Of a DNA stretch of 51,347 nt, positions 44,837-51,347 are shown piece by piece; position 1 is the first letter of the stretch, and every line of letters starts with the position of its first letter. The notes beneath the pieces were generated by a model. It did no database searches. It had not been told where the DNA came from and saw nothing but the letters and a program-made list of their open reading frames with translations. The stretch comes from a virus: UHGV virus genome UHGV-0208865, one strand, 5' to 3'. The position numbers and the translations under genes are program-made.

Positions 44837-44906
44837 GCTGCTTAGTGTTATGTGGTGAGCATACTGGGAAAGTCTCAGAGGGGCAGGTTCGAGTCCTGTA
44901 GCAGCA
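44837..44906 (+). tRNA. Possible fourth tRNA / tRNA-like element (degenerate; anticodon arm non-canonical)
   Basis: Canonical T-arm GCAGG-TTCGAGT-CCTGT and a good D-arm TGTT-atgtggtg-AGCA. Acceptor GCTGCT/AGCAGC is only 6 bp. No clean U33 anticodon loop. Confidence 0.3.
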
Positions 44907-44927
44907 CGACAGAAAGGAGAAACAAAA

Positions 44928-45269
44928 ATGACTATTATTCGATTTGATGCTGAGACGAGAGAAGCCTTCCGCAAGATTGCGGAGCTGGTAGACATCCTGG
45001 GTATCAAACCTATTGAAGAACTAAGCAACACTGAGATCGTGGACAAGGATGGTGTCGTTCATGATCTGTCTGAACTCGTCAAGACAAATTGTGTTATTGA
45101 CAATGGTTGTGGAGTGATCTTCATGGGCATTAGAGCCGATTGTGTTGGCCCAATGGCAGGTTTGTTCGTTTCGTCTGCTGGTAAACACTTCAGCTCAGAA
45201 TCCCTTGCAAACCTCATCCGCGAACACGAGGATGACGATGATTTCCTAATCACTGTCCACAAGTTCTAA
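44928..45269 (+). CDS. Hypothetical protein
   Basis: RBS GAAAGGAGAAACAAAA-ATG. Confidence 0.45.
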   Translation: MTIIRFDAETREAFRKIAELVDILGIKPIEELSNTEIVDKDGVVHDLSELVKTNCVIDNGCGVIFMGIRADCVGPMAGLFVSSAGKHFSSESLANLIREHEDDDDFLITVHKF

Positions 45270-45285
45270 TGAAAGGAGAAACAAA

Positions 45286-45684
45286 ATGAAGCTACGACTT
45301 ACTAACTTCGACTCAAACACTTACGAAGACACTGACGGTTCGTGCGATATGTGTATGTATACAGGTATGCTCGACCATCCTGAGTACACCTTTACCACCA
45401 GTTTCGGTGATAGCTATACTATCGAGGGCTGGTGGTCCGACTGGGGGCACCTTACGACCATTGACATCAATCTTCCTGTGTTCACTGCTTGGTTGCATGA
45501 CGCTGAGTTCAAGGAACCAACAGAGCTTATTGAAGAAAATAAGGAATACACTTGGCTTTCGGATGAGCGCTTCTGGGATAGGTTTCTACAGGATGTCCTT
45601 AAAGCAGCACAGTGGTGCAGCAACGAGGAAGAACTCAATGAAGAACTCGACTGGGCGCTGAAGGGGGCTAACAATGCTGACTGA
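45286..45684 (+). CDS. Hypothetical protein
   Basis: RBS GAAAGGAGAAACAAA-ATG. Confidence 0.45.
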   Translation: MKLRLTNFDSNTYEDTDGSCDMCMYTGMLDHPEYTFTTSFGDSYTIEGWWSDWGHLTTIDINLPVFTAWLHDAEFKEPTELIEENKEYTWLSDERFWDRFLQDVLKAAQWCSNEEELNEELDWALKGANNAD

Positions 45685-46006
45685 TGAACAGTTTGATGAG
45701 CTTGCGGAGAAGCTGCTGAAGAAGATCGCACCTCAACTCGGTGTTGAACTTGAGGAAGAGCAGTCTAAGTCTGCCACTGTCGTACGGGACAAAGACGGCA
45801 CAGAATACGATCTCGAACAGTGTGCTATCGGACCTTGCGTAGTCACAGTCGAAGGTGTCTACTACTTCTATGTTGAGTTAGGTATCCCAGGTAATACTGA
45901 TTACGAGGAATACTGGATGAGTACTTGGGGTGATAAGTTCAGTACGAGGGAACTAGCAAGTATCCTTACGGAACTTGGTGGAGACTTCGATGTCATCCAG
46001 GACTGA
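45674..46006 (+). CDS. Hypothetical protein
   Basis: ORF track. Confidence 0.45.
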   Translation: MLTDEQFDELAEKLLKKIAPQLGVELEEEQSKSATVVRDKDGTEYDLEQCAIGPCVVTVEGVYYFYVELGIPGNTDYEEYWMSTWGDKFSTRELASILTELGGDFDVIQD

Positions 46007-46050
46007 TACACTGGCCTCGTAACAACAACAACGACAACCAAGGAGTAACG

Positions 46051-46347
46051 ATGTCTATCGTTGATCTCGCAGTCAAGCTGGGCAAGGCTTTTGAGGGTAC
46101 CTACTCGTCCGTCGTTAAGAATGACGAGATGAAGACGACCATTACCCAGGAGGCCCGTACGGGTGTCTACACGATCACCACCAAGGACACTGATCTGATT
46201 GCCCTTCTCGACCAAGGCATTGTCGAGAAGGCTCCTGTGACGATGATTAAGCCTATGACCTATGGTGTCGTCTCGCCCGGTGTCTACACCGTTCCCGGTC
46301 ATAAGATGCAGGAGATTCTTGAGAATCGTCCGATGGATTATCTGTGA
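46051..46347 (+). CDS. Hypothetical protein
   Basis: RBS CAAGGAGTAACG-ATG. Confidence 0.45.
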   Translation: MSIVDLAVKLGKAFEGTYSSVVKNDEMKTTITQEARTGVYTITTKDTDLIALLDQGIVEKAPVTMIKPMTYGVVSPGVYTVPGHKMQEILENRPMDYL

Positions 46348-46450
46348 TTGTCGGCCTGAGACAGCGCGCCTCTGATCTCAGGAATAGGTAACTGAGGGGT
46401 TCGTCCTTTCGGGTACCGGCCTTACATGAGGGTTCATAATTCATGAGGAC

Positions 46451-46487
46451 TCATCCCCCTATCGACTAACACTCGGTAGGGGGATGA
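46451..46487. repeat. Perfect 11-bp inverted repeat TCATCCCCCTA-(15 nt)-TAGGGGGATGA
   Basis: Read directly from the sequence. Confidence 0.6.
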
Positions 46488-46522
46488 TACTATATGTGTG
46501 AGTAGAGTCACACGATTATCTG

Positions 46523-46572
46523 TTGTGGATTGTTCGGCCTGTCAGCTACACTCAAGTTGTCAGGCCGAACAA
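46523..46572 (+). promoter_or_regulatory. Promoter candidate (TTGTGG-18-TACACT) embedded in a 12-bp perfect inverted repeat TTGTTCGGCCTG...CAGGCCGAACAA; an operator-over-promoter arrangement
   Basis: Read directly. A related half-site GATTGTCGGCCTG sits at 46347-46359. Confidence 0.45.
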
Positions 46573-46592
46573 CTACGAAAGGAATGTTCAAT

Positions 46593-47933
46593 ATGAAGCG
46601 TTTTCTTGCGACGACTGGTGTCGCACTGCTGATGATTGCTACGGCTGCTGCTACTGCCAATGCTGCCGACAACACCGAGATCAAGGCCGAGGTCACAAAG
46701 GCCACGTCCTCGTCTCGACAGACCTCTTCCGAGGTCAACGTGGGTGGCACCTGGGCCGTGGAGAAGCTGGCTGTCGGCCAGCAGTTCACTGTCTCGACGG
46801 TGCCGAATGAGGGTAAGGCCCCGTTCGTCTGGAACGCCTCGTTCCCGTTCACGCTCGATGATGGGTCTGTCGTCGGTGAGTGTGAAGCCAACGAGGCAGA
46901 GCTGACCTGTAAGGTCACTGAGATTCCTGAAGCCTACAAGGACAAGACGAACGTCAAGGGCACGTGGTGGGCACGCGCTCGCCTTCAGGGTGGTGCAATT
47001 GGCACCACCGAGGGTACGATCACCCTGAACGGTAAGGCCGTGAAGACCCTTGTCTGGGGCGACAAGGAGGGCACGGGCGAGTGTACTAATGATTGTGCAA
47101 ACCCGGCCCATTATGAATACGCTAACCCAGAGAACGTGAAGTTCGGGTGGTCTAACGCTGATGGGACTATCAGCTGGGGCATTAAGTGGATTGCCAACGG
47201 GGGTGTCGAGTACAGCGTCAAGGACTTCGACGCGAAGCTGGGTACGACCGTGAAGTGCGCGAAGTCCGACACGTGGAATCCTGATACGACAGAGATCATT
47301 ACTGCCACCCAGGTGGACCCGAACACGATCAAGTTCACGGCCCCTGAAGGCTCCAAGACGTGTGTGACGTACCCGCCTGAGCACACTGTCGTTCCTGAAG
47401 GTCAGACCTCTGCGACCAACCATGCCGAGGTGAACGGTATGAAGCTCGAAGCTACGGCGACGGTTAAGAGCAATGGTGGTACTAATGGTGATGGTTCTGT
47501 GAAGCCGACTCCGGCCCCTGCTCCTAGTGTCACGCCTGAGCCTACTCCTACGCCGTCTGAAGACCCGAAGCCTGAGCCGTCTCCGTCTACCCCTGCACCC
47601 GCTCCGTCTGCGGAACCGACCCCCGCTCCTGCGCCTTCTACACCTGCTCCTAAGCCTTCCACTGAGCCTGCTCCTAAGCCTTCTGATGAGCCGCAGTCTG
47701 CACCGTCTCCGACCCCTGAGCCGCGTGTGACGACTTCTCCGGTGCCTACGCCCTCGCCTGAGACCCCGAAGGCTGATGTGCAGTCCACCGTTGCGCCCGC
47801 TCCTGAAGCCAAGCTCGCTAAGACGGGTGCTGCCTCTGAAGGTATCGTGATCGCGCTTGTTACGGTCATTGCTGGTATCGCTGCCTGTGTCGTCGCGTGG
47901 CGTGCCGGTCGATTTGGCAACGACCATATCTGA
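46593..47933 (+). CDS. Secreted cell-wall-anchored surface protein: signal peptide, about 300-aa globular domain, Pro/Thr/Ala/Glu-rich stalk, LAKTG sorting signal, TM, then a positive tail
   Basis: MKRFLATTGVALLMIATAAATANA signal. (PTPAPAPS/PEPTPTPS...) stalk. LAKTG at 47814-47828 followed by the hydrophobic AASEGIVIALVTVIAGIAACVVAW and RAGR. LAXTG is the class E sortase motif in actinobacteria. Confidence 0.7.
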   Translation: MKRFLATTGVALLMIATAAATANAADNTEIKAEVTKATSSSRQTSSEVNVGGTWAVEKLAVGQQFTVSTVPNEGKAPFVWNASFPFTLDDGSVVGECEANEAELTCKVTEIPEAYKDKTNVKGTWWARARLQGGAIGTTEGTITLNGKAVKTLVWGDKEGTGECTNDCANPAHYEYANPENVKFGWSNADGTISWGIKWIANGGVEYSVKDFDAKLGTTVKCAKSDTWNPDTTEIITATQVDPNTIKFTAPEGSKTCVTYPPEHTVVPEGQTSATNHAEVNGMKLEATATVKSNGGTNGDGSVKPTPAPAPSVTPEPTPTPSEDPKPEPSPSTPAPAPSAEPTPAPAPSTPAPKPSTEPAPKPSDEPQSAPSPTPEPRVTTSPVPTPSPETPKADVQSTVAPAPEAKLAKTGAASEGIVIALVTVIAGIAACVVAWRAGRFGNDHI

Positions 47934-48093
47934 GTGATACACTAGGAGCCTCCTTCCTAACAGGGTAGAGCGCCAGTGCTGTTTAGTGCTGGCGCTCTGT
48001 CTTACCCAAAACACAGTGTGGCACAGGTCACACAGGTTTTGCTTGTACCCTACACTAACACGTACTAATATTGACTGCGTAGAAGGAGGGACA

Positions 48094-48642
48094 ATGACAG
48101 ACCCAAGTAAGGTTGTGGAAACGTGGCTCAAGCGAGTTGGCCGCAGCAGCTTTAGTTACTCTGACAGGGCTGCGAAGCAACCAGCAAGCGTCAAAAAGTT
48201 CAACCCGGTGAAACTAGACGAGACAGCAGAAAAGCTCATCGACAGCATCTACAAATGGTGGTACGGCGAGACTAAGACAAAGCCGCGATTCAATGATGTC
48301 GTTATCTGCCTGAGTCAGTACGTGAGTCGGAACAACAACCTAGCAAACAAGCTCGTTCCGCATGTACCAGACCTTAAAGACTTAAATTATATCTGGGACA
48401 AAGACTCTCGTATCAGTGTTACAAGCGGCGACCCAGACACATACATGGGCATCAGCCGACAACACATCAACAAGTGGTATGAGCACTACAGCGCCATAGA
48501 AACAGACTTCGGCCAACTAGCCGACGAAGTTATCACAGACTGCATTGCAGCACCAAGCACACTGAAGTTTGCTAAAGCCGCTGCACTCATGGTTGTACTC
48601 AACGAAAGGAGAACTAATGAGACCAGTACGACAGCACCATAA
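48094..48642 (+). CDS. Hypothetical protein (trimmed to ATG 48094)
   Basis: RBS GAAGGAGGGACA-ATG. Confidence 0.45.
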   Translation: MTDPSKVVETWLKRVGRSSFSYSDRAAKQPASVKKFNPVKLDETAEKLIDSIYKWWYGETKTKPRFNDVVICLSQYVSRNNNLANKLVPHVPDLKDLNYIWDKDSRISVTSGDPDTYMGISRQHINKWYEHYSAIETDFGQLADEVITDCIAAPSTLKFAKAAALMVVLNERRTNETSTTAP

Positions 48643-49027
48643 CGATGCTGGTTTCGACCTGTCTACGAAGATGCCGGTGATTATCTATCCCGGTGAAGTT
48701 ATCCTCGTGCAGACAGGTTACTACCCCGCTAAGTTCGACATTCCTGACGGCTCTGTCGGACTCGTCTTTGCCCGCTCTTCCTTGAGCAAGAAGGGCCTTC
48801 TACTCGCTAATGGTGTTGGTGTTATCGACGCTGGTTACGAGGGCGAAGTTCTCGTTCCACTGTGGAACATGAGCAAGGATACCCCTGTCGTTCTCGAAGA
48901 ACATGAAAGGGTCGCTCAAATTGTCATTGTCAAGCTAGAGGGCGCATCGGCTCTCTACGCACAGCCACCTGTCCAAGCCGGTGAGCGTGGTCAAGGTGGT
49001 TTTGGTTCGACTGGAAGGTCTATCTGA
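48617..49027 (+). CDS. dut: dUTPase (deoxyuridine triphosphate nucleotidohydrolase)
   Basis: RBS GAAAGGAGAACTA-ATG. Motifs AGFDL, RSSLSKKG, GVIDAGYEGE, GERGQGGFGSTG. Confidence 0.8.
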   Translation: MRPVRQHHNDAGFDLSTKMPVIIYPGEVILVQTGYYPAKFDIPDGSVGLVFARSSLSKKGLLLANGVGVIDAGYEGEVLVPLWNMSKDTPVVLEEHERVAQIVIVKLEGASALYAQPPVQAGERGQGGFGSTGRSI

Positions 49028-49029
49028 GA

Positions 49030-49275
49030 ATGAACATCAACGTCTACTCCAAGCCCAATTGCCCGCAGTGTACGGCGACGTACCGCAAGCTGAAGGCGCT
49101 TGGACTGCCCTTCAATAGCATCGACGTGACGGAAGATGCTGATTCGCTGGCATTTATCCGCGCACTGGGTTATCAGCAAGCACCTGTTGTTGTCGTGCGC
49201 GAAGGCGCGCAAATTAAGGAACACTGGTCCGGGTTCCGACCGGACCTACTGAAGAAGTATGAGGTGAAAGAATGA
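49030..49275 (+). CDS. nrdH: NrdH-like glutaredoxin (CPQC active site)
   Basis: 81 aa. KPNCPQCTAT motif. Confidence 0.7.
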   Translation: MNINVYSKPNCPQCTATYRKLKALGLPFNSIDVTEDADSLAFIRALGYQQAPVVVVREGAQIKEHWSGFRPDLLKKYEVKE

Positions 49276-49694
49276 AAATTACTGACCCGGTGAAGCTCGA
49301 AGAGGCCCGCGCCCGTATGGCTAAGGCCCGTGCGTCTCGTAGTTCGATGAAGCACCCTGATGATGTTGAGCAGCGTGTAGGCACTGTTCGTCGGCTTGTG
49401 GTGCAGCAATTTACTGATGCAGGACTGACACTAGCAGATGACGGTCAACTGCTTGGTGCTGATTCTGCACGTTATTACTACAATAAACTTGTTCGAGGTT
49501 CACTAACCCTAAAGGACATGATTCTGCTTGGTGACTACATGCCTGTCGATTGGACACTGATCTTCAAGTCTATTCGACAGCCGAAGGAAGTTCTGCGTAC
49601 ACCAGGCACTCAGGAAGAAACTATCAGCATGGAGTTCAGCGAGCCTGGCGATAACCCGTTTGCTGATTACTTTACTGATGTGGATGGGGTGTGA
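49272..49694 (+). CDS. Hypothetical protein
   Basis: ORF track. Confidence 0.45.
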   Translation: MKITDPVKLEEARARMAKARASRSSMKHPDDVEQRVGTVRRLVVQQFTDAGLTLADDGQLLGADSARYYYNKLVRGSLTLKDMILLGDYMPVDWTLIFKSIRQPKEVLRTPGTQEETISMEFSEPGDNPFADYFTDVDGV

Positions 49695-49996
49695 TGGAAG
49701 AAATTAGCTTGCGTGATTTCGGTAAGAGCCTGAGAAGGGAGATTCCTAGTATCGGCTCTACGAAGGTCATTAGGTTTCTGCGCCGTGAAGGATACCTGAA
49801 GAAGGGTCGGCATATTAGCGAGCCTACGGAAAAGGCCAAAGGACTGCTTGGTATCTGGCGTGTCTATAAGAATGGTAGAAACTCGTATCCCCAGGTGTAT
49901 GTCACGAAAGAGGGTGTCCGCGTGTTCACTGATATGATTATCTCCGAGTATGAGGACTTCGGTCCTTGGGAGATTAGGAGAAGTTATAGTGACTGA
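49691..49996 (+). CDS. Hypothetical protein
   Basis: ORF track. Confidence 0.45.
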   Translation: MMEEISLRDFGKSLRREIPSIGSTKVIRFLRREGYLKKGRHISEPTEKAKGLLGIWRVYKNGRNSYPQVYVTKEGVRVFTDMIISEYEDFGPWEIRRSYSD

Positions 49997-51011
49997 CTGG
50001 CATAATCTGATCGCTGATTACAACCTGTGGTGCGATAACTACGATGAGGGGCGTAGTCGAGCACTTGACCGTGTTATCGTCCACCATAACGCTGGCAAGG
50101 CTATGTCGCATGGTGGTGTCCTTGCAGCGTTTAACCATAATGGCACGTCTGCGCACTACAACGTGGACATTGACGGCAGTACCGCACAGTTCGTCCACGA
50201 TAAGGACACTGCCTGGCACTGCCCCGGCGTTAACTCGTGTTCGATTGGCATTGAGCACGCTAACTCCACTGGCGCTGAGGGTGGCTGGGACATTGGTGAA
50301 GCGACGCTTGATGCCGGTGCGCACCTGACTGCGGCTCTGTGTCGTGCGTATGGTCTTGGCCGTCCGCAGTGGCGTGTCAACGTGTTCCCCCACTCGGACT
50401 TCTATTCGACTGCCTGCCCCGCGTCTCTGCGGGATAAGTACGCTGGTGAGTACATGGAGAAGGCTCAGGCGTACTATGACAACCTTGATGCTGAGATCAT
50501 TCAGTCTGAAGGCTGGGTGTCGCAGGATGGTGGCTGGTGGTACCGCACCTCGGATGGTGGTTGGGAGACCGGCTGGTTCCCTGTGAACGATAAGTGGTTC
50601 TATGCCAACGAGAAGGGTTGGTTGCAGGCTGGTTGGCAGCATATCGACGGCCACTGGTACTTCCTGCACGATATGCACGATTCGCGCTACGGCGAGATGG
50701 AGACTGGCTGGCAGAAGATCGGTGAAAACTGGTTCCTCCTGAACGACAAGGGCCAGATGCAGACCGGCTGGCAGCTCGTCAATGGCAAGTGGTACTTCCT
50801 TGAGGAAAACGGCGCTATGCGTACGGGCTGGCTGTCGTACAAGGGCAGCGATTACTTCCTTACCAAGGACGGCTCTATGGCTGTCGGCCTCGCTCAGACG
50901 CGCCTTGATGGTGCGTGCTCGATTTTCGGTGAGGACGGTAAGCTGATTGTCGGCAAGATGGTTGTCGAACAGGACGCTGACGGCCTTGTTCGCCTGGTAG
51001 AATCGAAGTAA
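49989..51011 (+). CDS. Endolysin: N-acetylmuramoyl-L-alanine amidase (amidase_2/PGRP-like) with C-terminal choline-binding-type (GW/WYF) cell-wall-binding repeats
   Basis: GTG 49989 after RBS AGGAGA. Catalytic region HHNAG...HYNVD...CPGVNSCSIGIEHAN. About 6 repeats of TGWQ..NGKWYFL. Confidence 0.75.
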   Translation: MTDWHNLIADYNLWCDNYDEGRSRALDRVIVHHNAGKAMSHGGVLAAFNHNGTSAHYNVDIDGSTAQFVHDKDTAWHCPGVNSCSIGIEHANSTGAEGGWDIGEATLDAGAHLTAALCRAYGLGRPQWRVNVFPHSDFYSTACPASLRDKYAGEYMEKAQAYYDNLDAEIIQSEGWVSQDGGWWYRTSDGGWETGWFPVNDKWFYANEKGWLQAGWQHIDGHWYFLHDMHDSRYGEMETGWQKIGENWFLLNDKGQMQTGWQLVNGKWYFLEENGAMRTGWLSYKGSDYFLTKDGSMAVGLAQTRLDGACSIFGEDGKLIVGKMVVEQDADGLVRLVESK

Positions 51012-51032
51012 CTTCTACTAGGAGGAACTTTC

Positions 51033-51287
51033 ATGGCTAATGAAGTCTTGACCACTGACCGTACTAAGTGGTACTTGTTGACCCCGGAGCGGCGTAAGGC
51101 GCTGTACGCGCTGTTTGCGGCTCTTGGTGCGATTGGTGTCGCTTACGGCGGTTGGACTGCCGAAAGCTGGGAGCAGTGGTCTACTGTCGCTCAGCAAGTT
51201 CTCTCGGTGATTGGTCTGCTTGTTGCGACTGTTCACACTGGCGGTGTTTATACGGCTCCGTCGTATGGCACTCCTGACGCTGAGTGA
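51033..51287 (+). CDS. Holin candidate
   Basis: 84 aa with two hydrophobic helices. RBS TAGGAGGAACTTTC-ATG immediately after the endolysin. Confidence 0.55.
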   Translation: MANEVLTTDRTKWYLLTPERRKALYALFAALGAIGVAYGGWTAESWEQWSTVAQQVLSVIGLLVATVHTGGVYTAPSYGTPDAE

Positions 51288-51296
51288 CACAATTAC

Positions 51297-51334
51297 AGAA
51301 AACCCCCTTGCTGGTGTCAGTGAGGGGGTTTTCG
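51297..51334 (+). terminator. Rho-independent terminator
   Basis: AAAACCCCCTTGC...GTGAGGGGGTTTTCG. Confidence 0.6.
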
Positions 51335-51347
51335 CTATAATGGCCTC

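Noticed and set aside
46593-47933. Diversity-generating retroelement target (Pro-rich repetitive stalk near the C-terminus)
   Set aside because: There is no reverse transcriptase ORF anywhere in the window and no template repeat. The repetitiveness is low-complexity PT/PA/PE stalk.
46560-48131. 523-aa minus-strand ORF opposite the surface-protein gene
   Set aside because: Extremely Arg-rich (RRRR runs), generated by antisense reading of the Pro/Ala-rich stalk. The + strand ORF has a signal peptide, a sorting signal and an RBS.

Overview
The window looks like a near-complete genome (~51 kb) of a tailed siphovirus-type phage of a high-GC Gram-positive (actinobacterial) host. About 93% of it is coding, in three blocks.

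(i) 831-19721, + strand: a syntenic structural module. It runs TerS?, TerL, portal, scaffold/protease, major capsid, head-tail connectors, major tail protein, G/GT tail-assembly chaperones, a 1753-aa tape measure and distal tail/fibre proteins. It ends at a perfect bidirectional terminator.

(ii) 19830-36909, - strand: an early/replication block. It has a RuvC-like resolvase, WhiB, family-A DNA polymerase, primase-helicase, a DUF669-like/Sak4/Cas4-like recombination trio, an HTH protein, dCMP deaminase, an SNF2 helicase and more than 20 small proteins of unknown function, several of them acidic.

(iii) 38281-51287, + strand: about 30 small genes, a 3-4 tRNA cluster, a signal-peptide/LAXTG sortase-substrate surface protein, dUTPase, NrdH, and an amidase endolysin with choline-binding-type repeats plus a holin. 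Small membrane proteins at 1-874 may continue the lysis cassette if the genome is circularly permuted.

No integrase or repressor was recognised.

The most unusual locus is the 1.33-kb ORF-free divergent control region at 36952-38280. Its + strand is G+T-rich and C-depleted, it has a palindrome with a terminator-like hairpin, a ~160-bp AT island, GGTT/G-tract arrays and 28-bp direct repeats that carry a 14-bp palindrome. I read it as a candidate origin / R-loop / ncRNA locus.

Everything here is judged from sequence patterns alone. No database searches were run.
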